Below are positions 48,361-57,629 of a stretch of DNA of 64,000 nucleotides, piece by piece. The position numbers and the translations under genes were made by a program. The notes beneath the pieces are model-generated. The model was not told where the DNA came from, searched no databases, and was given only the letters and a program-made list of their open reading frames with translations. Positions within the stretch are counted from its first letter, which is position 1, and each line of letters begins with the position of its first letter. This DNA comes from an uncultured Gemmatimonadales bacterium (GTDB taxonomy: Bacteria; Gemmatimonadota; Gemmatimonadetes; Longimicrobiales; RSA9): NCBI GenBank assembly GCA_963708135.1, contig OY970192.1:3648001-3712000 (forward strand). Direction: 5' to 3'.

Positions 48361-49827
48361 TCAGTCCTCGCGTCGCGTCCGACCGCGCCCGCCGCGCCGG
48401 CGGCGATCGCCACGTGGCCGGTCCGTGGCTTCCGACCCGCGTTTCGCCTGGGCGACGGGCGGCCGGCGGGCCTCGGATGCGGCCCCGCGGCGGGCCTCGG
48501 GGGCGGGCGCACGGCCGGCGTCGGCCGCGGCGCTCCGCTCGGCCTTCGCGCGGGCGCGCGCCCGCTCCTCGGCCTTGCGGGCGCGGATCTCCCGGATCCG
48601 CTCCTCGAGCGGGATCTCGAGCCGCTCGCCGGACGGGGGCGCCGTATAGTCGAAGCCGTCGAGCTTGCGGCGCTCGATCGGCTTGCCGAGAGCGCGCTCG
48701 ATGGCGCGGACCTGGCTCTCCGTCTCGGGTGAGACGAACGTATAGGCGTCGCCGGTGGCTTCCGCGCGCGCGGTCCGGCCGACGCGGTGGATGTAGTCGT
48801 CCGGCGCGGCCGGGACATCGAAGTTGACCACGTGATCGAGCGCCTCCACATCGATGCCGCGGGCCACGATGTCGGTGGCCACGAGCACGCGGTAGCGCCC
48901 GTCCTTGAACCCCGCCAGCGCCTCGGTGCGCTGGGACTGGCTGCGGTTGCCGTGGATCCGGGCCACGGAGACGCCGCGCCTCGAGAGCTTCTCGGCCAGC
49001 CGGTTCGCGCGGTGCTTCGTGCGGCAGAACACGATGGCGTTGCCGATCTCGCCGCGGTCGAGCAGGGCGAGCAGCAGGTCGATCTTCAGGTGCGCGGCCA
49101 CCGGATAGAGCGCCTGGGTGATCCCGTGCGCCGGCGCCTGCTTCCGCTCGATGTCGATGCGCGCGGGCGAGCGGAGCAGCTCGCGCGAGAGCGTCACGAC
49201 CGGCGCCGGCATGGTGGCGGAGAAGAAGAGCGTCTGGCGCGGCGTCGCCGGCAGGTGGCGCAGCACGCGCCGGATCGCCGGCAGGAAGCCCATGTCGAGC
49301 ATCCGGTCCGCCTCATCCAGCACCAGCACCTCCAGCGCGTCCAGCCGCGCGTAGTCGTACTGGAAGTGGTCGAGCAGCCGGCCCGGCGTGGCCACCAGGA
49401 TGTCCACGCCGCGCCGGAACGCCTCCTCCTGCGGCAGCATCCCGACGCCGCCGAACACCGCCGCGCCCCGTACTCCCGTTCCGCGCGCGAGCTCCTTCAG
49501 GTGCTCCACCGTCTGCGCGGCCAGCTCCCGCGTCGGCACCACCACCAGCGCGCGCGTGCGGCCGCGCGGCCGGTCCAGCAGCCGCTCAAGGATCGGCAGC
49601 AGGAACGCCGCCGTCTTGCCGCTGCCGGTCATGGCGCACGCCAGCACGTCCCTGCCCTCCAGTGCCGGCGGGATCGCTCGCGCCTGGATCGGCGTCGGCC
49701 GCTCGAAGCCGAGCGCCGCCACCGCCTCCCGCAGCTCGGGCCCGACCCCCAGCCCGCCGAACCCACCATCCACCTGTCCGTCCCGTCCCGCCGCGCGGTC
49801 ATCCCCGCGCTCGATCACTGTCGCCAT
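48361..49827 (-). CDS. DEAD-box RNA helicase (RhlE-like) with basic C-terminal tail
   Basis: PTPIQ; TGSGKT; PTRELA; TPGRL; DEAD; SAT; ARGID; HRVGRTAR. Confidence 0.96.
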   Translation of the reverse strand: MATVIERGDDRAAGRDGQVDGGFGGLGVGPELREAVAALGFERPTPIQARAIPPALEGRDVLACAMTGSGKTAAFLLPILERLLDRPRGRTRALVVVPTRELAAQTVEHLKELARGTGVRGAAVFGGVGMLPQEEAFRRGVDILVATPGRLLDHFQYDYARLDALEVLVLDEADRMLDMGFLPAIRRVLRHLPATPRQTLFFSATMPAPVVTLSRELLRSPARIDIERKQAPAHGITQALYPVAAHLKIDLLLALLDRGEIGNAIVFCRTKHRANRLAEKLSRRGVSVARIHGNRSQSQRTEALAGFKDGRYRVLVATDIVARGIDVEALDHVVNFDVPAAPDDYIHRVGRTARAEATGDAYTFVSPETESQVRAIERALGKPIERRKLDGFDYTAPPSGERLEIPLEERIREIRARKAEERARARAKAERSAAADAGRAPAPEARRGAASEARRPPVAQAKRGSEATDRPRGDRRRRGGRGRTRRED

Positions 49828-49847
49828 GCGGCTCCGTTTCGAAATAC

Positions 49848-49881
49848 AAAAAAAGGGACCCCGGCGGACGGCCGAGGTCTC
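49848..49881 (-). terminator. Intrinsic terminator-like hairpin in the helicase 5' leader
   Basis: Minus strand GAGACCTCGGC-CGTCC-GCCGGGGTCCC-TTTTTTT ends 20 nt before the ATG. Confidence 0.65.
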
Positions 49882-49985
49882 TCGATCGTACGCGCGCGGC
49901 AGACCCGTTCCGCCGCGCGCGCTCCGTGGACCGAATCTCGCGGAATCCCGACGGAAAATCAACCGCTCTGGACGGATGAGGCCGG

Positions 49986-50513
49986 ATGGTGATCCTGATG
50001 ACCGGCGTAGCCGGTGCGGGAAAGACCACGGTGGGCGTGGCGCTGGCGGCGGCGCTCGGCTGGCGGTTCGTGGAAGGCGACGCCTTCCATCCGCCGGAGA
50101 ACGTCCGCCGCATGCACGCCGGCATCGCGCTCACGGACGCGGACCGCGCGCCGTGGCTGGCGGCGCTCGGTGCCCGGATCGAGGCGCTGCTCGAGGAGGG
50201 TGCGTCGGCCGTCGTCGCCTGCTCGGCGCTGCGCGAGGCGTACCGTCGCGCGCTGCACGCGGACGACGCGCGGGTGCGGCTGGTCTACCTCCGCATCACG
50301 CCGGTGCTCGCGGCCGCGCGGCTGGCCGGGCGGAGGGGCCATTTCTTCCCGGCGTCGCTGGTGAGCTCGCAGTTCGAGGCGCTCGAGGAGCCGGTGGGCG
50401 CGCTGGTGCTGGACGCGAGCCGCCCCGTGGCCATGCTGGTGGACGAGGTCCTGGCGACGCTCGGCCTCACCTCGCCGCCGCCGTCGCGGCCGGGCGGCGA
50501 AGCTGGCGGATGA
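49986..50513 (+). CDS. gntK: Gluconokinase (GntK/IdnK family)
   Basis: GVAGAGKTT; EGDAFHP; LTDADRAPWL; CSALR; SQFEALEEP. Confidence 0.92.
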   Translation: MVILMTGVAGAGKTTVGVALAAALGWRFVEGDAFHPPENVRRMHAGIALTDADRAPWLAALGARIEALLEEGASAVVACSALREAYRRALHADDARVRLVYLRITPVLAAARLAGRRGHFFPASLVSSQFEALEEPVGALVLDASRPVAMLVDEVLATLGLTSPPPSRPGGEAGG

Positions 50514-51207
50514 GCAGGTCGCCGATGTCGGCGAAGTCGCCGTCGAGGTGGTGGCCTCCCTGCATCGGCACGACGCTCACGTCCGGCCCGCCGAGCTCCG
50601 GGCACGTCGTGTCCGTCTCCTCCTCGCCGTAGACGCACACGATGGGGACCCCGGATGCGGCGAGCTTGCGGGTTTCCGGGAGGGTGGCCATGGACGTGGA
50701 TGCCCTGGAGCTGCCCCACAGGTCATTCAGGTGCAGCTTCAGATCCACCATGTGCTCCGGGCCGACCAGCCCGACCAGCGCCACGCGCGCGCGGAGGTCC
50801 TGCGGCAGACGCGAGACCATGAACGGGAGCACATCGGCGCCCCGGGAGTAGCCGACGAGCACGGCGCGCGGCTTGTTCCACGCCGCCAGGTAGTGGCGGA
50901 GTACCGCGGCCATGTCCGCGCCGATCTCCTCCGTCGTCTTCCGGTGCCAGAAGTAGTGCAGCGCGCTCCAGCCGATGACGGGGGCGCCGGCCGCGCGGAA
51001 GCGGCCGGCCATGGCGGGGGCGGGGCCGATCCAGCCGCCATCGCCCGAGATGACGATGACGAGATAGGGCGCGCTGTCCGCGGCGGGGAGGAGCTCCTTG
51101 AGCGGCAGCTTGCCCACTGCTTCCTGGGCGCTCACGGCCGGGGGTCGTGGCGGCGTGGCCGCGAGGGCGGCGGCCAGCGTGAGCAGGAGGATCGGCTTCA
51201 TTGACAT
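50467..51207 (-). CDS. AcvB/VirJ-family hydrolase
   Basis: Signal peptide; SGDGGW; YFW; GYSRGAD; CVYGEEE; GGHHLDGD. Confidence 0.87.
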   Translation of the reverse strand: MSMKPILLLTLAAALAATPPRPPAVSAQEAVGKLPLKELLPAADSAPYLVIVISGDGGWIGPAPAMAGRFRAAGAPVIGWSALHYFWHRKTTEEIGADMAAVLRHYLAAWNKPRAVLVGYSRGADVLPFMVSRLPQDLRARVALVGLVGPEHMVDLKLHLNDLWGSSRASTSMATLPETRKLAASGVPIVCVYGEEETDTTCPELGGPDVSVVPMQGGHHLDGDFADIGDLLIRQLRRPAATAAAR

Positions 51208-51409
51208 CGTCCGGTCGAGCGGTGGATTCGCATCGAATGGACGATGTACACGGCGCGAAGCGCCGGAGTGCCGTCGGGGGGGTCGCGCCGGGCCGGGCCG
51301 GGCTCGGGCGCGTCGGGGGGGCCGGGTCGCGCCGGGCCGGGCGGCTCGCGCGCGCCGGCGGGGCGGCTCGCGCGCGGCCGGGACATCGAGCGCGGGGGCA
51401 GCGCCTCGG

Positions 51410-53071
51410 CTACCGCCGGGCCAGCCGGAGGTCGTGCACGCCGCGGTCGGTGATGGCGATCGCGGTCACGCGGCCGGCGGCGTCGCGCAGGAAGCGCAGC
51501 GCGGGCAGGTCGTCGCTCGTGAACGCATCGCGGAAGAGCGGCTCGAGGGGCAGGTCGTCGCCCCGCCAGGAGTGCAGGTAGAGCCGGCCGCCGCGCGCGG
51601 CGACGTCCCACGTTACCGGGACGCCCGGCACCAGCTCGAGCTCCGGGCTGGCGTAGCTGCCGGCGTACTCCTCCAGCCGGGCGCCGACGTCGGGCGGCGG
51701 GGGCGCCACACGCTCGAAGGACTCGGGCGGGTAGAGCGGGCGCGTGGTCCCGGCGCCCGCGGCGTCGAAGGTCCAGGTGGTGCCGCTCTCGTCATCGCGG
51801 AAGCGCCCGCCACCGAGCCAGGTGAGCGCGACCGCCGCCTTTCCGCTCCCGCGGACGAGCGTGCCGTCGCGGACCTCAAAGCGCACGGGGTAGCCCTGGT
51901 CGCGGCTGACGTAGAGCCCGGCCCAGCGCTCCGGGTGCGCGGATCCAGGCGCGGCGCTGGCGCGGGGCGGCTCCGCCGCGGCGCCCAGGAACACGTCGGC
52001 CACGCCGTCGGCCAGCCGTTCCGTGCGCGCATCCGCGGCGTTGCAGAGCGTGATCACGGAGAGCCGCTCATCGGGGAAGCGCATGAGCATGGCGCGGAAC
52101 CCCTCCCACGCGCCGCCGTGCTGCACCCGCCGATGGCCGTGGTACTCATCGATGAAGAGCCCCATGCCGTAGGCCAGCGGGGTGCCGTCGTTCAGGTGCG
52201 CGCGCGTCTGGAGCAGCTCGGGCAGCCGTGCGCCGCCGACCTTCGGGTCGTGGAACTCGGCGTCCCAGCGGGCGAGGTCCTCGACGGTGGTCTGGACCGC
52301 GCCGTCGCCGACCTGCTCCCAGTCGGAGAGCTCGACGCGCCAGCCGCCGCTGTCCGCCGGGGTGTAGGCGGAGGCCTTGCGCGGCACGATCGTCCGCGTG
52401 TCGTCCAGGTAGCGGGTGTCCCTCATCCCGAGCGGCTCGAAGATCCGCTCGCGCGCGAACTCCCGGAGCGTCTTCCCCGACGCGCGGCGCACCACCTCGC
52501 CGGCCAGGAAGAAGCCGGTGTTGCTGTACCGCCAGCTGGTGCCGGGCGCGAAGTTCAATGCCGTCTGGCGGGTCAGCGGCTCGAGCGCCTCGCGGGCGGT
52601 GGTGTGGTCGCGCTCGTCCCATCCGGCCAGGACCATGAGGTCGATGTAGTCGCGCCAGCCGCTCGTGTGGGTGAGCAGGTGCCGCAGCGTGACGGTGGCG
52701 CCGAGGTCGGGCAGCTCGGGGATGAAGCGGCGCACATCGTCGTCCAGCGAGAGCTTGCCGTCCTCCTGCAGCAGCACCACGCTCGCGGCCGTGAACTGCT
52801 TGGAGGTGGAGCCGATGTCGAAGACCGTGCGCGGCGTGATCGGCACGCCGAGCTCGATGGAGGCGTAGCCGTAGCCCTTCTCGTAGAGGGAGCGCCCGTC
52901 GCGAACGACCTCGAGCGCGCAGCCCGGCGAGGCGGAATCGGGGCGGGTGAAGCGCGCGAAGACGGCGTCGATCCGCGCCGCACTGTCGGCGCCGAGCGTG
53001 CCCGGGCCCTGGGCGGCCGCGGGCGAGGCGGACAGGAGCGCCGCCGCGAGAAGGGCCGTGAGCCCCCTCAC
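51410..53071 (-). CDS. Secreted serine hydrolase, beta-lactamase-like, with C-terminal extension
   Basis: STSK (SxxK); LLTHTSG; YSN; HGGAW. Confidence 0.9.
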   Translation of the reverse strand: MRGLTALLAAALLSASPAAAQGPGTLGADSAARIDAVFARFTRPDSASPGCALEVVRDGRSLYEKGYGYASIELGVPITPRTVFDIGSTSKQFTAASVVLLQEDGKLSLDDDVRRFIPELPDLGATVTLRHLLTHTSGWRDYIDLMVLAGWDERDHTTAREALEPLTRQTALNFAPGTSWRYSNTGFFLAGEVVRRASGKTLREFARERIFEPLGMRDTRYLDDTRTIVPRKASAYTPADSGGWRVELSDWEQVGDGAVQTTVEDLARWDAEFHDPKVGGARLPELLQTRAHLNDGTPLAYGMGLFIDEYHGHRRVQHGGAWEGFRAMLMRFPDERLSVITLCNAADARTERLADGVADVFLGAAAEPPRASAAPGSAHPERWAGLYVSRDQGYPVRFEVRDGTLVRGSGKAAVALTWLGGGRFRDDESGTTWTFDAAGAGTTRPLYPPESFERVAPPPPDVGARLEEYAGSYASPELELVPGVPVTWDVAARGGRLYLHSWRGDDLPLEPLFRDAFTSDDLPALRFLRDAAGRVTAIAITDRGVHDLRLARR

Positions 53072-55002
53072 GCCATCTCCTCCTCGCGCTCCGGCTCGAC
53101 CGCGGCCAGCGGCAGGCGCAACGTGAAGGTCGAGCCGGCGCCCGGACAGCTATCGACGGAGATGTCGCCTCCCATCATGAGCGCGAGCCGGCGGCTGATG
53201 GCCAGGCCCAGGCCGACGCCGCCGTGCGCACGCGTGTAGCCGCCCTCGGCCTGGACGAACGGCTCGAAGATGTGCTCCGCCTGCTCGGGAGCGATGCCGA
53301 TGCCGGTGTCGGCGACGCGGATCCACGCGACCTCGCCCGCGCCGTCCTCCACGCCGCGGTCGGCCGAAACCTCGACCCGCCCGCCGGCCGGCGTGAACTT
53401 GATCGCGTTGGTCAGCAGGTTGATCAGGATCTGCTCGACCCGGCCTGAATCTCCGAGGTAGCGGAGCCCCGCCTCCCCACCGCAGCCGTCCGACAGCGCG
53501 AGTCCCTTCTGCCGGGCCTGCGGCGCGACGACGGCGAGCGCCGCGGCGACGGCATCGCCCGCGCTCGCCGACCGCGCGTCCACCTGCACCCGGCCCGACT
53601 CGATGCGGGAGAGGTCGAGCACCTCGTCGACGAGCCCCATGAGGTGCCGGCCGCTGAGCCGGATCCGCTCCAGGTGCCGGCGCTGCTCGTCCGTGAGCGG
53701 ACCGGGAAGCTCGAGCTGCAACAGGTCCGTGTAGCCGATGATGGCGTTGATCGGGGTGCGGATCTCGTGGCTCATGGTGGCGAGGAAATCCGACTTCGCG
53801 CGGCTCGCCATCTCGGCCTCCGAGCGGGCCAGCTCCGCGATCTCCATGGCGTTCACGAGCTGCTGGTTCGCCTGCTCCAGATCGGAGGCGAGCCCGCGCG
53901 CCTCCTCGTACTGCAGCCGCAGCGCCCGCTGGCTGGCCTGCAACTCGTCCACCATGCGGTTGAAGCCGCTCGCGAGCGCGCCGATCTCGTCGTCGCGGGT
54001 GACCTCGACCCGGTGGCCGTAGTCCCGCGCGGCAATGCGGTGCGACGCACCGGCGAGCTGCTTCAGCGGGGCCGTGATCCCACGACTGAGCAGCCACGCC
54101 CCGGCCGCGCCCAGCAGCGCGAGCAGCAGCGCGCCCAGCAGCGCCCGGCGCAGGAACGTCGTCGGACGGGCCATCACCGCCGCCTGCGTCGAGGCGACCA
54201 CGATGGCGTAGGGGGTGCCGGGCACCGGCCGCGCGCGCGCCAGCAGCGGCGGTGCATGAGGCCGGGAGTAACGCATGATGGCCTCCAGCGGCAGGGCACC
54301 GGCGGGCGGCGTGACCTCGCCGCCGAGAGAGACCCATGGCCCGCCGGAGAGGTTCGCGAAATAGACCTCCACCCCGACACCGATCAGCCCCTCGATGCGG
54401 TGCGCCGACTCGGCGCTGCCGACGGGGCGGATCTCCTGTACGTACGCCGCGGGCCGTCCATCCACGAGAACCGGAGCGGTGACCGCCAGGTAGCTGCGGC
54501 CGTGCAGGATGCGCAGCGGCGAGTACTCGGCCGTGTCGGGGTGCCCGCCCGCGGCGCGCATCCCGGCCAGGTCCTGGGCCGTCCAGCCGGCCGGGAAGGT
54601 GCCGGTGCGCAGCAGCTCGTGCCCGTCCGGAGCGATGAGCTCGGCTGGCGCCGCGGCGTTGCCGGGCTGCGCCAGCCCCGCCAGCACCGCCCGCGCCGGT
54701 CCCTCGCGCGCGGGCGATGGCGCTCGAACGTACGCCAGGATCTCCGGTGCCTTCGCGGCGGCGGCCGTGGCGGCGCGCTGGACCGACGTCGAGCTCGCGG
54801 CCAGATCCTGGATCTCCCCGGCCACCCGCTCCAGGCGCTCCGCGGCCGCCGCCAGGGCCGCCTGCCTCACCTCCCGGTACGCCATGACCGAGCCGCCCAG
54901 GACGAGGGCGAGCAGCAGCCCCACGATGAGGAGGGGCAGCTTCCATTCGAGCGAGAGCCCCGACAGCGTCGGGACCGCGAAGCCGGCTGGCCTGCTGCGC
55001 AT
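53068..55002 (-). CDS. Sensor histidine kinase (periplasmic domain, HAMP, HisKA, HATPase)
   Basis: DEIGALASGFNRM; KSDFLATMSHEIRTP; NLLTNAIKFT; GVGLGL. Confidence 0.9.
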   Translation of the reverse strand: MRSRPAGFAVPTLSGLSLEWKLPLLIVGLLLALVLGGSVMAYREVRQAALAAAAERLERVAGEIQDLAASSTSVQRAATAAAAKAPEILAYVRAPSPAREGPARAVLAGLAQPGNAAAPAELIAPDGHELLRTGTFPAGWTAQDLAGMRAAGGHPDTAEYSPLRILHGRSYLAVTAPVLVDGRPAAYVQEIRPVGSAESAHRIEGLIGVGVEVYFANLSGGPWVSLGGEVTPPAGALPLEAIMRYSRPHAPPLLARARPVPGTPYAIVVASTQAAVMARPTTFLRRALLGALLLALLGAAGAWLLSRGITAPLKQLAGASHRIAARDYGHRVEVTRDDEIGALASGFNRMVDELQASQRALRLQYEEARGLASDLEQANQQLVNAMEIAELARSEAEMASRAKSDFLATMSHEIRTPINAIIGYTDLLQLELPGPLTDEQRRHLERIRLSGRHLMGLVDEVLDLSRIESGRVQVDARSASAGDAVAAALAVVAPQARQKGLALSDGCGGEAGLRYLGDSGRVEQILINLLTNAIKFTPAGGRVEVSADRGVEDGAGEVAWIRVADTGIGIAPEQAEHIFEPFVQAEGGYTRAHGGVGLGLAISRRLALMMGGDISVDSCPGAGSTFTLRLPLAAVEPEREEEMA

Positions 55003-55209
55003 GGATTCGCCGTCCGGTAAACGGGCTCGGTTTGCTGAAGGCCGCTGCGCGGCGCCGAGGAGAGCCGAAAATGAGGGAAAAAGACTCCGGATCACCATGG
55101 TAGCGGCGGAGAGCCCTGCCGGTCAACGGGCCAGGAGGGCGGGCCGCGGGCCGCTACCCCGCCTCGGTGATGCGAGCAGTCGGGCCGCGCGGCCGCTCCC
55201 GACCCGCGC

Positions 55210-56538
55210 TCAGGCCCGACCCAGCAGCCGGTCCGCCAGGCGGCGGGCCAGCGCGATGATGGTGAGGACCGTCGGGCGGCCGAGCGCCCGGGGGAAGACG
55301 CTGGCATCGCAGACGTAGAGGCCGCGCGCCTCGGTCTCGAGGTCCGGGGTAACCATGGCGCCGACGCGCACGGTGCCCGAGGGGTGGGTGCCGCGGAGCG
55401 GCGTGACCAGGATGGTGGAGGGCTCGCAGCCCGCGCGGCGCAGGACGTCGCCGGCCACGGCCTCGGCCCGCGTGAGACGCAGCCGGTCGGAGGAGGTGAG
55501 GCCCTTGCTCACGCGCCCCTTCGCGTCCACCTCGCCGCTGATCTCGTCCGTGAGCTTGATCATGACGCCGAGCGTGCGGCCCCAGCGTGACCACGTCGCG
55601 GCGTAGGCGGGGCCGAGCACCGTCATGATGATCGGGTACATGAGCCAGGGATCGATCAGCGTGGAATAGAGGACGCCCAGCTCCTCGTCCGGCGCGCTCC
55701 ACGTCATCGGTGGATCGCCGCCCAGCCCCTGTCCATCGCGCGTGGCGCCGTAAACCATGACGGTCGTGTCCATGGTCATCCCGCGGCCGGCATCCTCGAA
55801 TCCGCTCGCCCGCATGAGAACCGCCGAGCCGATCCCGCCGGCGGCGACGATGACCGTCTCCGCCTCCACCTCGAAGGCGACGCCGCCCGGCGCGCCACGC
55901 CGCCCGTGCAGCCCCCGGACCTGTCCACCCTCCACCAGCACACGGTCCACGCGCGCACGGGTCCACAGCTCCGCGCCCGCCGCCACCGCGTCGTCCACGT
56001 ACTCGGCGGCACTCCACTTGGCGCCGCAGCGGCAGCCCAGCATGCAGTGGGCGCCGCAGTCGAAGGGGTGCGCGCGGCCGGGCCGCATGAACTTGTCCTG
56101 CGGCGCCCAGTCCATCCCGAGCGCGGCGCCCGCCTCCGCGATGCGGGTGGAGGCGAATCCGCGCAGCTCGTCCGCGAGCGGCGCGACGCCGAGCTCGCGC
56201 GCCGCCGCCTCCGCGTGCGCGTCCAGGTCGATGCCGTAGCGCTCCCTCCACCACGGCCGCGGCGGCGAGGCGCACGCGCAGTACATGCTCGTCGCGCCGC
56301 CCACCATGAGCGGCCGGATGATGTTCATCCCCTCGCGCGTGAAGACCAGGCCGCCGCGGTCCGCGTACAGCAGCGCGCCCGGGTAGGTGCCGTACAGGCG
56401 GCTGCCGCGCCAGTCGCGCCCCCGCTCCAGCAGCAGCACGCGACGCCCCGCGCGGGCCAGCTCGCGCGCGAGCGTGGCGCCGCCCGGGCCCGTGCCGACG
56501 ATGGCGAAATCCGTGCGGTGCGTGGTCTTCAAGAGCAT
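55210..56538 (-). CDS. GMC-family FAD oxidoreductase
   Basis: IVGTGPGG; LLLERG; VGG; CMLGC; HPSGT; LYVCDASVFP; PTVLTI. Confidence 0.88.
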   Translation of the reverse strand: MLLKTTHRTDFAIVGTGPGGATLARELARAGRRVLLLERGRDWRGSRLYGTYPGALLYADRGGLVFTREGMNIIRPLMVGGATSMYCACASPPRPWWRERYGIDLDAHAEAAARELGVAPLADELRGFASTRIAEAGAALGMDWAPQDKFMRPGRAHPFDCGAHCMLGCRCGAKWSAAEYVDDAVAAGAELWTRARVDRVLVEGGQVRGLHGRRGAPGGVAFEVEAETVIVAAGGIGSAVLMRASGFEDAGRGMTMDTTVMVYGATRDGQGLGGDPPMTWSAPDEELGVLYSTLIDPWLMYPIIMTVLGPAYAATWSRWGRTLGVMIKLTDEISGEVDAKGRVSKGLTSSDRLRLTRAEAVAGDVLRRAGCEPSTILVTPLRGTHPSGTVRVGAMVTPDLETEARGLYVCDASVFPRALGRPTVLTIIALARRLADRLLGRA

Positions 56539-56588
56539 CAGGTGTTCTACAGCGCCGGCCGCCCGCCAGCAAGGCCGGAACGGGACTG

Positions 56589-56816
56589 GAGTGGGAGAGT
56601 CGGAGAGTGGGAGACCGGGCGACGATTGCCGCGGCCGGAACGGACCAGAGTGGGAGAGTGGGAGAGTGGGAGACCGGGCGACGATTGCCGCGGCCGACGG
56701 CTACCGGGCCTCGCGCGACTCCGGCGGACGCCGAGGGGCCGCTCGAGCCGCGCGTGCGTGCCTGCCCGGCACGGCGCCCACTCGCCCACTCGCCCACTCG
56801 CCCACTCCCCGACTCT
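56589..56816. repeat. Intergenic element: 49-bp unit x2 with (GAGTGGGA)n, then inverted (GCCCACTC)x4
   Basis: Units at 56589 and 56648; inverted arm at 56776-56816; shares GAGTGGGAGAGTGGG(A/T)GACCGGGCGACG with 44705. Confidence 0.8.
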
Positions 56817-56902
56817 CGCCGCCCGACACGGCCACCCCCGGAGGGAGCGGATTCTCCCGCGCCGCACTGGCGCCTCCGGCGGCGGCGGCCTACGCTGCGG
56901 GC

Positions 56903-57523
56903 ATGCCGGAATCAGGGTATCCGATTCCCGCGCGGGCGCACCGCGTGGAGAGCGTGGTGAGGCGGAGCCGCTTCATCGCCTCGCTGGGGCAGGCGGCGAG
57001 CGCGGAGGATGCGCGCGCGTTCATCGACTCCGTGCGGGCGGAGATGCCCGACGCGACGCACCATTGCTGGGCGTACGTGGCCGGCCCGCCGGGGAGCACG
57101 GCCGCGATCGGGATGAGCGACGCGGGCGAGCCGCACGGCACGGCCGGACGGCCGATGCTCGACGTGCTGCTGCATGCGGGGGTGGGCGAGGTGGCGGCGG
57201 TGGTGACGCGCTACTTCGGCGGGGTCAAGCTGGGCAAGGGCGGGCTGGCCCGCGCGTATGGCGGCGCGGTCCAGCAGGCGCTGGAGACGCTGGCGCGCGC
57301 CGAGCGGGTGAGGCGCATCGTCGTCGCCATCACGGCGGCATACGCGGACGTCAATGCGGTGCGGCGGGCGCTGGACGCGGCGGGCGCGGCGCTGCTGGAG
57401 GAGCGGTACGGGGCAACGGTCGAGTACGTCGCCGGCGTGCCGGATTCGCGGCTGGCGGCGCTCGAGGCGGCGATCGCCGACGCGACGGCGGGCCGCGCGA
57501 GGGTGGCGGCCAGCCAGGTCTAG
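56903..57523 (+). CDS. yigZ: YigZ/IMPACT-family protein
   Basis: SRFIA; ATHHCWAY; SDAGEPHGTAGRPML; VTRYFGGVKLGKGGLARAY. Confidence 0.93.
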   Translation: MPESGYPIPARAHRVESVVRRSRFIASLGQAASAEDARAFIDSVRAEMPDATHHCWAYVAGPPGSTAAIGMSDAGEPHGTAGRPMLDVLLHAGVGEVAAVVTRYFGGVKLGKGGLARAYGGAVQQALETLARAERVRRIVVAITAAYADVNAVRRALDAAGAALLEERYGATVEYVAGVPDSRLAALEAAIADATAGRARVAASQV

Positions 57524-57629
57524 CGTTCGGCGCGAACGCCTTTCGGCCCGAACCGCGGAGGCAGGCGACGGCGGATGGCGCAGGGCCGCCGGCGCGGCGC
57601 ACGATGTCGAACTTTCGGGGTGAGACTTC

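Noticed and set aside
49801..49810. ATCCCCGCGC match to the CRISPR repeat
   Set aside because: Single 10-nt chance match inside the helicase CDS.
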